Below, one piece after another: positions 18,367 to 28,338 of a stretch of 63,765 nucleotides of DNA. The first letter of the stretch is position 1. Each line of letters begins with the position of its first letter. The notes beneath the pieces are model-generated. The model did no database searches. It was not told where the DNA came from and was given only the letters and a program-made list of their open reading frames with translations. Source of the stretch: an uncultured Thermotogae bacterium (GTDB lineage: Bacteria > Bipolaricaulota > Bipolaricaulia > UBA7950 > UBA9294); NCBI GenBank assembly GCA_964547105.1, contig CAZJLO010000001.1, forward strand, positions 6,659-70,423, written 5' to 3'. The position numbers and the translations under genes are program-made.

Positions 18367-20118
18367 ATGGTCGATCGAGATACTGTGGATCAGATCAAGC
18401 AACACCTCGATTTGGTCGCCGTTCTCTCCCGATACATCACGCTGACGCCATCGGGCAAGAACTACAAAGGGCGCTGCCCTTTTCACAAAGACGACACGCC
18501 ATCTCTGGTTGTTAGCCCTGAGCGGGGGCTCTGGCATTGCTTCGGATGCAACGAAGGTGGTGACTTGTTTGCGTTCGTGATGAAAATCGAACGTCTGACA
18601 TTTCCCGAAACGCTTGAGCGTCTTGCGGCCGAGGCCGGCGTCTCCTTGCCGAGAAGCGGTTCCCGCAGCAACAAGCGCGCCGAATCCCAGGCGATCCTTG
18701 CCGCTGCGACAACCCTGTACGCGGAGCAACTCCACAACCACCATGATGCAGAGGAAGTGCGCGCATACCTGCGATCCCGCGGCTTCGGCAAAGCAAGCTG
18801 GGACCGGTTCGGTCTTGGCTACTCCCTACCACGGTGGGACGGGCTGAAGGCAGCTCTGGGGACGAAGTTTACGGCCAAGCAACTCCTCGCCGCCGGCTTG
18901 CTGACTGAGAGCAAGGGGCGGACGTACGACCGCTTCCGCGGGCGAGTGATGTTTCCGATCTACAACATTTCGGGGATTCCGATCGCATTTGGCGGCCGCA
19001 CCCTCGACGGCGAGCCGAAGTACCTGAATTCTCCGGCCACTGCCGGTTTCGACAAAGGGCAGCACCTCTACGGGCTCCACTGGGCCCGCGAAGCGATCCA
19101 AGCGTCGGGGACGGCTGTCTTAGTCGAAGGGTACACCGATGTCCTGTCGCTGCACATCGCGGGGATCATTGAAGCAATTGGCGGCATGGGAACGGCCCTA
19201 ACCGAGAGACAAGCACAGCTTCTTGCTCGGTTCGGCACCGAAGTGATTCTTGTGTATGACCGGGATGCTGCGGGAGACGCGGCGGCGCTTCGCGGGATGG
19301 GCATCCTGCGCAACACGGGCGTGGAAGTCCGAGTCGCCCGCCTGCCGGAGGGAGAGGATCCTGATAGCTGCGTTCGGGAAATGGGGGCGGACGGATTCCG
19401 CAGATTCCTCGAGCAGGCAATCACATTTCGGGATTTCTTCATCGAAGGGCTTGAGAGCCGCTTTGATATTCGCACGCCCCAAGGCAAGAGCGCTGCATTG
19501 GAGGAGTCAAAGAACGTCTTCCAGACACTGACCAACATTCCGGTGCGCGAGGAGCTCTCAACACAGATCGCCGAGCTTCTCGGCCTGTCTCGAGATGATG
19601 TTCGCCGCGAACTTGATCCACGCAGCGTCCACCGGAGTACCGTGCGAAGCAGTGTCCCTCATCAGGCAACATGGCAGCCCGATACCGTGCTTCTTGCCCT
19701 TGTCCTCCGCTCTTGCATTCCCTGGTCCAGAATTGATGATCTTGTTTCTCCGGCAGTGTTTCCGCCTGCGCTACGTCCGCTGGCGGAAGCGCTTGCCGAT
19801 TCCGCCGAGGGTGAGATCCAAGCGTCATCGGATATCATTGCTCAGTTGCCGCCAGAAGTGGTGCCTACGGCAAGTGAGCTCGTTCTTAGGCCTTTGCCGT
19901 TCGACGAAGAGAATGCGGAACAAGTGAAGAAGGCGGTGCATGATGCGCTCGCTCGTATGGTTGAGGCTCCGGCCGTAGAGCGGAAACTGAGCGAGCTTCG
20001 TCAGCAGATGGCGGATTGCGTTGCGAACGAAGACCGTGAGCAGCTGGACAGTCTCCAGCGCCGTTATAGCGCGTTGATTGTCGAACGCAACCGCCTGGCA
20101 AAGGGGGGCAAGGCGTGA
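18367..20118 (+). CDS. dnaG: DNA primase
   Basis: CPFH..D.PS zinc domain, WHCFGC, DRFRGRVMFPI, KYLNSP, VEGYTDV, TOPRIM YDRDAAG. Confidence 0.96.
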   Translation: MVDRDTVDQIKQHLDLVAVLSRYITLTPSGKNYKGRCPFHKDDTPSLVVSPERGLWHCFGCNEGGDLFAFVMKIERLTFPETLERLAAEAGVSLPRSGSRSNKRAESQAILAAATTLYAEQLHNHHDAEEVRAYLRSRGFGKASWDRFGLGYSLPRWDGLKAALGTKFTAKQLLAAGLLTESKGRTYDRFRGRVMFPIYNISGIPIAFGGRTLDGEPKYLNSPATAGFDKGQHLYGLHWAREAIQASGTAVLVEGYTDVLSLHIAGIIEAIGGMGTALTERQAQLLARFGTEVILVYDRDAAGDAAALRGMGILRNTGVEVRVARLPEGEDPDSCVREMGADGFRRFLEQAITFRDFFIEGLESRFDIRTPQGKSAALEESKNVFQTLTNIPVREELSTQIAELLGLSRDDVRRELDPRSVHRSTVRSSVPHQATWQPDTVLLALVLRSCIPWSRIDDLVSPAVFPPALRPLAEALADSAEGEIQASSDIIAQLPPEVVPTASELVLRPLPFDEENAEQVKKAVHDALARMVEAPAVERKLSELRQQMADCVANEDREQLDSLQRRYSALIVERNRLAKGGKA

Positions 20119-21515
20119 CGCTCAGCGAATCGGCGAAATCACCGGACCAACCTGACAGCGAAACGAAGAGACCGGTCGGGAGCAACGCGGAAGACTTCGC
20201 CCCCACCTACGAGATCGATCCGGATACGGAGGAAATCCTCGCCGAGGAGGAACTTCCCGTATCGCCCGAAGAAGACCTCGACGAGATGACCGAAGATGAA
20301 GACCTTCTTGATGAATCGTCGAATCTCATGTCGGAGTCGGATGCTCTTCTGATCAAAGACAATCCGATTTCAGCCCGACGGCGTACATCCCGCGGTGCCC
20401 GGCCTCGCTCGCTTGATGACCTGGCCGGCGGGCGCGAAGATCCTGTCAAGACCTACTTGCGCGAAATCGGCAAGGTGCCGCTGTTGACCAAGGAAGAAGA
20501 AGTCCAATTGGCGATGGCAATGGAGGCGGGGATCTATTCGGAGCTCACGCGAGCCAAGCGGACTGGTGAAGCGGCCGTTGCCAGCCTCGCCGCGCAAAAC
20601 GAAGACGCTTCCGTCCAGACCAACATCACCGAGAACAAGCTACTCGAAGACCTTATCGAGAAGGGCCAACAAGCCGCGGAATTGCTTCAATCGTTCCCGC
20701 TGGATGGACAAGAGATCATCCCCCTGCCGGCCACCGTGTCGGAAGAGGATCTCTCCACACTGATCCAGCGCGGGCAGGCAGCACGAGAACGGCTCACCGT
20801 CTCCAACCTCCGACTCGTCGTTTCAATTGCCAAACGCTACATGAACCGCGGACTGTCGTTCCTCGATCTCATCCAAGAAGGAAACATGGGATTGATGAAG
20901 GCAGTCGAGAAATTCGACTACACCAGAGGCTACAAGTTCTCGACCTACGCCACCTGGTGGATTCGTCAAGCGATCACACGAGCGATTGCAGATCAATCGA
21001 GAACCATCCGCGTTCCGGTCCACATGATCGAGACGGTTCGCGAGTTGAATCGCGTCAAGCGTGAGTACATCCAATCACACGGCAATGCTCCGACATTGGA
21101 GGATCTGTCGAAACTCACCGGGATGTCCATCGACAAGATCAAGAAGGTGGAGAACGTCTCTCAATACACCGCTTCGCTGGAGCGTCCAATCGGAGACGAA
21201 GACGAAGACACGCTCGGCGACTTCATCGAAGATCCATCAGCACCGTCTCCGACCAAGGAGACATTCCGAATGTTCCTCAAGGAGCAGCTCAATCGGGCGC
21301 TTGAGCAACTGGATGAGCGCGAGCGAGAGATTCTCCGGTTACGGTACGGTCTCGATGACGATCATCCGCGCACGCTCAAGGATGTTTCGCTGAAATTCAA
21401 TATCACCCGCGAGCGCGTGCGCCAGATCGAGATCAAGGCAATCGAGAAGCTCAAACATCCTTCGCGACGTGCCGAACTCAAGAAATTCCGCGAACTGCTT
21501 CTCGGAGAAGAGTAA
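20115..21515 (+). CDS. rpoD: Primary RNA polymerase sigma factor
   Basis: Region 1.2 DPVKTYLREIG, region 2 NLRLVVSIAKRY / DLIQEG / KFSTYATWWIRQAI, region 4 TRERVRQIE. Confidence 0.96.
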   Translation: MTLSESAKSPDQPDSETKRPVGSNAEDFAPTYEIDPDTEEILAEEELPVSPEEDLDEMTEDEDLLDESSNLMSESDALLIKDNPISARRRTSRGARPRSLDDLAGGREDPVKTYLREIGKVPLLTKEEEVQLAMAMEAGIYSELTRAKRTGEAAVASLAAQNEDASVQTNITENKLLEDLIEKGQQAAELLQSFPLDGQEIIPLPATVSEEDLSTLIQRGQAARERLTVSNLRLVVSIAKRYMNRGLSFLDLIQEGNMGLMKAVEKFDYTRGYKFSTYATWWIRQAITRAIADQSRTIRVPVHMIETVRELNRVKREYIQSHGNAPTLEDLSKLTGMSIDKIKKVENVSQYTASLERPIGDEDEDTLGDFIEDPSAPSPTKETFRMFLKEQLNRALEQLDEREREILRLRYGLDDDHPRTLKDVSLKFNITRERVRQIEIKAIEKLKHPSRRAELKKFRELLLGEE

Positions 21516-21536
21516 GGCGGGGAGAGGATCAAGCTT

Positions 21537-22508
21537 GTGATCGCGTTTTCGATCCAGCCCGGTCGAAATCCAGGGGAACGCCGCGATGTTCTTGTGATTG
21601 TCGGCGCAACAGCAACGGGAAAATCCGCTGTCGGGTTGGAGGTCGCAGCCCGGCTCGGCGGAGAGATCATCTCCGCCGATTCCCGCGCTTTCTTCCGTGG
21701 GATGGATATCCTGACCGACAAGCCGAGCCGCGATGACCGGGAGCACGTGCCGCATCATCTTCTGGACATCTGCTCGTTCGCCGATTCCTACGACGCGATG
21801 CGTTTTCGCCAAGACGCCGATCAAGCCGTCCGCGACATTCTCCGCCGCGATCGGATCCCGGTCGTCGTCGGCGGTGGCACACTGTACATCGCCGCGATCG
21901 TCACGGGGTTGTTTCGAGGACCATCCGCCGATCCCATGCTGCGATCCAACCTGTCCCAACAGCCGATCGAGCAGCTTCATGCAATGCTTCGCCGCGTCGA
22001 TCCCGTGTCCGCGCAGCGGATTCATCCCAACGACCGATTGAGGGTTATCCGCGCATTGGAGGTCCATCGGAAAACCGGCACGCCCATCTCCAACTTGCAG
22101 ACCCGTGCCGTGCCGCTCGACTACGCATTCCATGGGTTCGTGCTCAACCGGGATCGCGACGACCATCGTCGAGCGATTGCCGCGCGGGTGGAGAACATGG
22201 TGTCGTCGGGCCTGGTCGATGAGGTCAAGGCGCTGAAGAACGCGGGACTCCGACCTATGATGCAGGCATTCCGAACGATTGGGGTTGCCGAGGCACTTGC
22301 CTTCCTTGACGGAGAGATCGATGAAGCGGCGCTTCGGCAGCAGCTGGCCAATCGGACCTGGGCGCTCGCGCGTCGACAGATCGCATGGTTTCGGAGGCTG
22401 GAGGGATTCCGATGGATCGAAATCGGGAGCCGCAGTCATGGTGACGTGGCACAAGAGATCCTTGATCAGCTTCCCGGCCGTGGGTGGCTCTCCGAGGAGA
22501 AACGATGA
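21537..22508 (+). CDS. miaA: tRNA dimethylallyltransferase
   Basis: GATATGKS, ISADS, VGGGTLY, RIHPNDRLRVIRALEV, RQIAWFR. Confidence 0.93.
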   Translation: MIAFSIQPGRNPGERRDVLVIVGATATGKSAVGLEVAARLGGEIISADSRAFFRGMDILTDKPSRDDREHVPHHLLDICSFADSYDAMRFRQDADQAVRDILRRDRIPVVVGGGTLYIAAIVTGLFRGPSADPMLRSNLSQQPIEQLHAMLRRVDPVSAQRIHPNDRLRVIRALEVHRKTGTPISNLQTRAVPLDYAFHGFVLNRDRDDHRRAIAARVENMVSSGLVDEVKALKNAGLRPMMQAFRTIGVAEALAFLDGEIDEAALRQQLANRTWALARRQIAWFRRLEGFRWIEIGSRSHGDVAQEILDQLPGRGWLSEEKR

Positions 22509-24139
22509 ACTTCGAGCTTGGGACTTCGCCGACTCTTGTTGTCTCCGCCGCCGAGCAGAAACGGATTGATCAGCTCGCGTTCGCCAGTGGTGTAGCCGAG
22601 CGTTGTTTGATGAACAGCGCCGGACAATCGGCGGCTCGATATGTGCTTCGGCACGTTGTTGACAGCCTGTCCTCCAACAGCTTCGTTGTGATCGCCGGCA
22701 CAGGTGGCAACGGTGGCGACGCGGTCGTGGCCGCCTTGGCGCTGTCGACGGCGGGACATGTTGTTGAGACCTACTTGGCGGTTCCGCCGGAGCGGATGAC
22801 CCCGGCGGCGGCGTTCCACGCCCGAAAGCTGATCGAGCGAATGCCGAACAACGTTCACGTCCTTAGCGAAAGCCTGTCGGATCTCCAATCGACACTGGCC
22901 GCAGCGCTCCAGATGTCAAGCTGCGTGATCGACGGGCTGTTCGGCAGTGGAACGACTCGGCCGGCAAGCGGCCGTTTCGCGGCGATCATCGACGCGGTGA
23001 ATCAAGCACCGGGAACGGTGGTTGCCATCGATCTCCCATCCGGAATCCTTGCTGACCAAGGCGCACGGCCCGGCCCGGCGATCGATGCCGACTACACAGT
23101 GGCGATGGGATTTCTCAAGCCAGCACATATTCTCTACCCGGCGCGCCGGGCCTGCGGCCGGGTTGGGGTTGCCGACGTACCTTACCCCGAACACGTGCTC
23201 GCCGACGTCAAGCCCATCGCTGTGGTCCCCGGGGATGTAGCGCTCCGTTCGTTCCTCCCCGACCGGCCGGAGACGGCCCACAAGGGATGCTTCGGACATG
23301 TCCTCGTCGTTGCCGGGTCCCGCGGATTGACCGGAGCAGCGATCTTCTGCTGTCGCGCCGCTCTTCGCGCCGGAGCGGGGCTGGTCACGCTCGCCTGCCC
23401 TGCATCCCTCGAGCCGGTGTTCGAGGCAACCCTACCCGAGGTCATCACGGTCGCTCTTCCCGACCGGGACGGCATTCTCGTCAGTGTTGAGACAGTGCGC
23501 TTTCGCGATCTGCTGACGACCGTCGATGCAGTCGCCGTTGGTCCGGGACTCTCTCGTCATCCGTCGCTGACGCCGATCATCGAGCGGTTGGTGGCCGAGG
23601 TTCCCGTGCCGCTTGTACTTGATGCCGACGGGCTGTGGCCATACGGAGCCCATCCCGAAAGGATCGCCAATGCACAGGGAGACAGAATCCTCACTCCACA
23701 CCCCGGCGAGATGTCCCACCTGCTTGACCTGTCGGTGGATGAGATCGAAGACGCGCGGCTGGAAATCGCGCACGAAGCGGCTCGCACCGCCCATGCCACC
23801 GTTGTTCTCAAAGGCGTTCCGACGGTGATCTCCTCGCCGACAGCCGGACCTCGGGAAGCAACCCTGGTCACGCTCGGCGGCAACCCCGGCCTCGCCACCG
23901 GAGGAAGCGGCGATGTTCTCACCGGGCTGATCGCCGGCCTTGTCGGCCAGGGGATTCCGGCCCATGAGGCCGCCTGTCTTGGCGCCTATCTTCATGCGTC
24001 CTGCGCTGACAAGTACTCCGAGACGCAGTCGGCCCGCTCGCTTGTGCCAAGCGATCTGATCGTCTTGCTGCCGAAGGTTCTCTACGACCTCGAACACGGT
24101 CACCCGATCGGCACCGATCGGGAGGTATCTCTCGAATGA
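22505..24139 (+). CDS. nnr: Bifunctional NAD(P)H-hydrate epimerase/dehydratase
   Basis: GGNGGDA, IDGLFGSG, AIDLPSG (YjeF-N); HKGCFG, GPGL, LDADG, LTPHPGE, VLKG, GGSGDVL (YjeF-C); ATGA overlap at 22505. Confidence 0.92.
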   Translation: MNFELGTSPTLVVSAAEQKRIDQLAFASGVAERCLMNSAGQSAARYVLRHVVDSLSSNSFVVIAGTGGNGGDAVVAALALSTAGHVVETYLAVPPERMTPAAAFHARKLIERMPNNVHVLSESLSDLQSTLAAALQMSSCVIDGLFGSGTTRPASGRFAAIIDAVNQAPGTVVAIDLPSGILADQGARPGPAIDADYTVAMGFLKPAHILYPARRACGRVGVADVPYPEHVLADVKPIAVVPGDVALRSFLPDRPETAHKGCFGHVLVVAGSRGLTGAAIFCCRAALRAGAGLVTLACPASLEPVFEATLPEVITVALPDRDGILVSVETVRFRDLLTTVDAVAVGPGLSRHPSLTPIIERLVAEVPVPLVLDADGLWPYGAHPERIANAQGDRILTPHPGEMSHLLDLSVDEIEDARLEIAHEAARTAHATVVLKGVPTVISSPTAGPREATLVTLGGNPGLATGGSGDVLTGLIAGLVGQGIPAHEAACLGAYLHASCADKYSETQSARSLVPSDLIVLLPKVLYDLEHGHPIGTDREVSLE

Positions 24140-24930
24140 ACCGCCCCTCCCTCGGAGACGTGGCTGTGTTTGACAGCCACGCACATCTCGATGATCGAGC
24201 ATTCCGCGATGACCGTGCCGCGGTGATCGCCGACCTGTTCTCCCGGCGAATCGGCGTCCTGACCGTTGGCATCGACTTGAGGTCGAGCCACGAGGCGGTC
24301 AGACTGTCGTCGCGTCATCGCAACATCTGGGCCGCCGTCGGCATCCACCCACATAATGCGAAAAATGCCAATCGTTCGGCACTGGATGAACTCGAGCAGC
24401 TCGCCCGGCAACACAAGGTCGTGGGAATCGGAGAGATCGGCCTCGATTACTACCGCGACCTGTCGCCGCGCAACGAGCAGCGTCACGTGTTCGCCGAGCA
24501 GCTGATGCTCGCCCGGCGCATCCATCTCCCCGTTGTCATCCACAACCGGGAATCGACCGCGGACCTGCTGACAATCCTGCGCCGGGTTGGACCGTCTCAC
24601 CAGGGGGTGATCCACTCGTTCCTCGGAGACATCGTTCTCGCAGAGGAGTTTCTCGCTCTGGGATTCCATCTCGGCATCGGCGGGCCGCTTACCTTCAGCA
24701 AGAATGATGCTCTCCGCGATGCCGTTCACCGGATTCCGCTCGATCGAATCCTCGTCGAGACCGACTGCCCGTATCTGACGCCGGTTCCCCATCGAGGCGA
24801 GCGGAATGAACCGGCATATGTCGGACTGGTCGCCCAAGCGATCGCCGACATCAAGGAAATCTCCGTCGAGGACGTGGCCCGAAGAACCGCGAAGAACACG
24901 ATTCAGCTCTTCGCTCTCGCCAAGCGATAG
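24136..24930 (+). CDS. tatD: TatD family DNase
   Basis: DSHAHL, GIHPH, GEIGLDY, IHNRE, IHSF, ETDCPYL. Confidence 0.93.
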   Translation: MNRPSLGDVAVFDSHAHLDDRAFRDDRAAVIADLFSRRIGVLTVGIDLRSSHEAVRLSSRHRNIWAAVGIHPHNAKNANRSALDELEQLARQHKVVGIGEIGLDYYRDLSPRNEQRHVFAEQLMLARRIHLPVVIHNRESTADLLTILRRVGPSHQGVIHSFLGDIVLAEEFLALGFHLGIGGPLTFSKNDALRDAVHRIPLDRILVETDCPYLTPVPHRGERNEPAYVGLVAQAIADIKEISVEDVARRTAKNTIQLFALAKR

Positions 24931-25645
24931 CCGGCCGAATGATCTCTTCCCATCGGGCATGACGATTCATCAACAGGACGACTCGTAACTTCCGAGAGGC
25001 CTGCCGCAAGGAACCTGTCTCGCAGGGACTCCCGTGTGTAGAAACCGGAAACTCGCGTTGTCAGGCCGACGAGATCCAAGCGGGGTTGTCTTTAAGGAAG
25101 GCGAAGCTCTTGCCAACGTTTCTCGCGCAGCGCTCTTGGTTGCAGTGGCAGGTGTGCTCGGCGCTCAAAGGGATCAAGCAGGCCGGTCAGCTCGGCCTCG
25201 CCGATCCGACATCGGCAAGGCCGCAGACTGCGCATGCCGGAATGTCTCCCCCAGGCATGATCGGCATGTCGTCGGGATCGAACCGGCATTTCCTGCGGGA
25301 TGAACGCTTTGCGATCGAACCCAGGGAACGCCTGATCTCCGGGGACAATTCAGTCTTGGCACCTGGGATGACGAATGAATTGGAAGTTCGCTGGATCCTC
25401 AGGACACAGCTGCTCATCCGATCCGTTGACCGTGTCCTCGCCGCCGCCGTGCGACCGCATGGCATGCATCGTGCGGCTCCAGCATCCATGCCGAGCTCCC
25501 GCGACATTCAAACGGCCCGGCGCGGATGGATAGCCGTCGCCACGCGTGGGCTCAATGCGAGTCCTTTAGATCTCGTGAATTCTAGGCTATCATCCGGCAA
25601 CTCGCTGCGGGCCATGTTGCCCGTCACACTCTTGATGAGGTGATT

Positions 25646-27289
25646 ATGGACTTCGATCGGAGTCTGACACAGGTGTTGGAACGCTCGGACGTGGTGACAA
25701 ACCCGTCTCGGGTCCGAATGATCCAGGATTCAGTCGCGCACAAGGAGGCGGTAGCCAGCGCCTGCGGCGCGCTCGCCACGTGGACGCCATCGGAATCGAC
25801 CGGCCGAAGCCCAAAGGACACCCTCTGCGTCCGCCGCCCCGCAAGCGCTGCGGCGATTGACTGGGATTCCCCGAACAACATTCCGATCGACGAAGAAACG
25901 TTCGACATGATCCTCGAGGACGCGCTCGCTTTGCTCAACAAGAAGCAACGCATCTACGAGATCGATCGAGTCGTCGGCGCCGATTCATCGTACACCCTCC
26001 CGGTCAAACTGGTCACCGATCGTGCACTGACCGCGCTTTTCGCCGACAACATGTTCCGCGCGATGCCCGACAACCTCTCCCAAAGCGTGTTCGCTGATCG
26101 CCCATTCCGACTGCTTGTCGTTCCGTACGACAAGCTTGATGCAAAACGATATGAGGGGCGCCTCCGGGTCGATCCCCGTTTGGGACACACATCAACCATG
26201 GTCATCGGCATGGATTTCGATCGCCGCATCGGCGTGGTTTACGGCTCAGCCTACGGCGGATCAGTCAAGAAGCTGGTGTTCACCGTGATGAACTACTACC
26301 TTCCCGCCGAAGGAATCCTGCCGCTTCACTGCTCGGCGAACGAGGGCCCCGACGGTACCACCGCTCTCCTCTTAGGCCTTTCGGGAACCGGGAAGACAAC
26401 CCTCTCCGCCGATCCACGACGTGCGCTACTCGGCGATGACGAGCACGGATGGAACGACCGAGGGATTGCGAACTTCGAGAACGGCTGCTACGCGAAGCTG
26501 ATCGATCTCGATCCTGCCAAGGAACCGGAGATCTACAACGCCGTCATGCACGAAGATACCCCGGAAGAGCACGGCGCAATTGTCGAGAACGCAATGATCT
26601 ATCCCAACGGAAAGTTCGATCTGTATGACGATCGATTCACACCCAATTCAAGGGGCTCCTATCCTCTCGCGTTCTTGTCCAATGTCAAGCCGTCCTCTGC
26701 CGGAGGGCACCCGAAGACCATTCTGTTCCTGACCGCTGATGCGAACGGGGTACTGCCGCCGATCTCCCGATTGACCAAAGAGCAAGCGATGCTCTGGTTC
26801 CTGATGGGCTATACCAGCAAGCTCGCAGGAACGGAAACGGGGATCGTCGAGCCGAAGACAACGTTTTCTCGCTTCTTCGGCGAGCCTTTCATGCCGAGGA
26901 ATCCGGATGTGTACGCGCGGATGCTTGGAGAGAAACTGGATCGACACAACACGGATGTCTATTTGGTGAACACCGGCTGGAGCGGTGGGCCGTACGGCGA
27001 AGCGAAACGAATGGACATCCGTCTCACTCGATCGATGGTTCATGCGGCGTTGTCCGGGGAGCTGCGATCCACGGCCTACGAAGAGGACGCGACGTTCCAC
27101 GTATCGATTCCCACGGATTGCCCGGGCGTTCCGGCAGAGATTCTCAATCCGCGGAATACGTGGCAGGACAAGTTGGCCTACGATGCCCGCGCTGTCAAAC
27201 TTGCCCGCGAGTTCTCCGATCATTTCGACAAAGCGTACGCCGGCAAGGGGATCGACCCATCCGTGATCTCGCAATGCCCAGGGAAATAG
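25646..27289 (+). CDS. pckA: ATP-dependent phosphoenolpyruvate carboxykinase
   Basis: YGGSVKK, LHCSAN, GLSGTGKTTLS, GDDEHGW, NFENGCYAK, FLTADANGVLPP, LVNTGW. Confidence 0.95.
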   Translation: MDFDRSLTQVLERSDVVTNPSRVRMIQDSVAHKEAVASACGALATWTPSESTGRSPKDTLCVRRPASAAAIDWDSPNNIPIDEETFDMILEDALALLNKKQRIYEIDRVVGADSSYTLPVKLVTDRALTALFADNMFRAMPDNLSQSVFADRPFRLLVVPYDKLDAKRYEGRLRVDPRLGHTSTMVIGMDFDRRIGVVYGSAYGGSVKKLVFTVMNYYLPAEGILPLHCSANEGPDGTTALLLGLSGTGKTTLSADPRRALLGDDEHGWNDRGIANFENGCYAKLIDLDPAKEPEIYNAVMHEDTPEEHGAIVENAMIYPNGKFDLYDDRFTPNSRGSYPLAFLSNVKPSSAGGHPKTILFLTADANGVLPPISRLTKEQAMLWFLMGYTSKLAGTETGIVEPKTTFSRFFGEPFMPRNPDVYARMLGEKLDRHNTDVYLVNTGWSGGPYGEAKRMDIRLTRSMVHAALSGELRSTAYEEDATFHVSIPTDCPGVPAEILNPRNTWQDKLAYDARAVKLAREFSDHFDKAYAGKGIDPSVISQCPGK

Positions 27290-27325
27290 CCACGGCAAGA
27301 CTCCGGCAGAACACACGAGCGGCGA

Positions 27326-27362
27326 GCGCGCTCATCGAACACCCGTTGTTCGATGAGCGCGC
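27326..27362 (+). terminator. Hairpin downstream of pckA, probable intrinsic terminator
   Basis: Perfect 16-bp stem GCGCGCTCATCGAACA / TGTTCGATGAGCGCGC, 5-nt loop; short T-rich tail (CGTTCTT). Confidence 0.6.
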
Positions 27363-27537
27363 CGTTCTTGCCACATCTTCCCGATCCGACAGCAAGTTCA
27401 GTTGGCGGATCATCACAGCAAGCGACAGTTAGGAACGTCACACTGTGTTTTCTTCTCAGCTGGCAATCGTCGCGATCTTGTCGACGCAATGACGTTCTTG
27501 TTGATCTTTTGTACCTACTGAGAGAACTTCCTATGGA

Positions 27538-27566
27538 TTGACGAGGTCACAGTGTTCTGTTATCAT
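27538..27566 (+). promoter_or_regulatory. Sigma70 promoter for the yhbD-bactofilin pair
   Basis: TTGACG-17 nt-TATCAT with extended TGn; TGAC-N3-GTCA palindrome over the -35. Confidence 0.6.
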
Positions 27567-27648
27567 CTTTCTCGACGACCGGATCTGACGGTCCGCCTGG
27601 CGCGGATCGTGGCTGCGGTCGCATGGAACAACCGTGATGGAGGTAGAC

Positions 27649-28338
27649 GTGGATGTGCCCGACAACAATCTGATCTCCAAGAAAGATGTCCTCGCACGGA
27701 TGGGAATTTCCTACGGCCAGCTGTACCGCTGGAAACGAAAGGGTCTCATCCCCGACAGTTGGTTTATCCGGCGATCGACATTCACCGGGCAAGAAACGTT
27801 CTTCCCCAAGGATCGGATCCTCGAAAGGATCGAACAGATCCTCAGGATGAAGGAAGATCATGCCCTGGACGAGCTTGCTCAGGTCATTCACCAGACAATC
27901 GGGGACTCAATGCAGATCAACCCAAGCAGCCTTGCTAGCCTTGGATGGGTGGATGACGACTTGGCCGATCTGTGTGGACTTGATGGGAAAGATCTACAAG
28001 CGAATGTCTCTGTACATGAGCTACTCTGCCTTTCCGTACTTCGTAGGCTTCGCCGGCAGAACCACGTCACCCGGGAGGAGCTGTCGCTTGTTCGCCGCAC
28101 TCTGGACAGAGCAAGCATGGACGGCGGTGGCTTGATTGACCGGCTGGCACAGGAATCGGTAATCCTGTGCGTGTTGCGCAAGCGACTGACGGCGGCCGGA
28201 ATCTCGGCCGAGATCAGTCTGGCCGCGATCGTGTCCGAATCGGCGATCTTCGACCCCGAACTCGAAGTCATCGATTCGGTCAATCTTGCCGAAACACTCA
28301 ATCGGCTTAAGCTGGAACTGGCGGAGGAGGAAGTATGA
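27649..28338 (+). CDS. YhbD/DUF4004 family protein
   Basis: 'ISKKDVLARMGISYGQLYRWKRKGLIPDSWFIRRSTFTGQETFFP' recognised as YhbD N-terminus; SD GGAGG before GTG 27649. Confidence 0.85.
   Translation: MDVPDNNLISKKDVLARMGISYGQLYRWKRKGLIPDSWFIRRSTFTGQETFFPKDRILERIEQILRMKEDHALDELAQVIHQTIGDSMQINPSSLASLGWVDDDLADLCGLDGKDLQANVSVHELLCLSVLRRLRRQNHVTREELSLVRRTLDRASMDGGGLIDRLAQESVILCVLRKRLTAAGISAEISLAAIVSESAIFDPELEVIDSVNLAETLNRLKLELAEEEV

Noticed and set aside
20520-20780. About 80-aa insertion between regions 1.2 and 2 of RpoD
   Set aside because: This is the known non-conserved region, variable among primary sigma factors
25086-25643. 185-aa plus-strand ORF ending in a GTGA overlap with pckA
   Set aside because: TTG start with no SD and no recognisable motifs; the GTGA is explained by the pckA SD. 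Not called as a CDS; region kept as a finding
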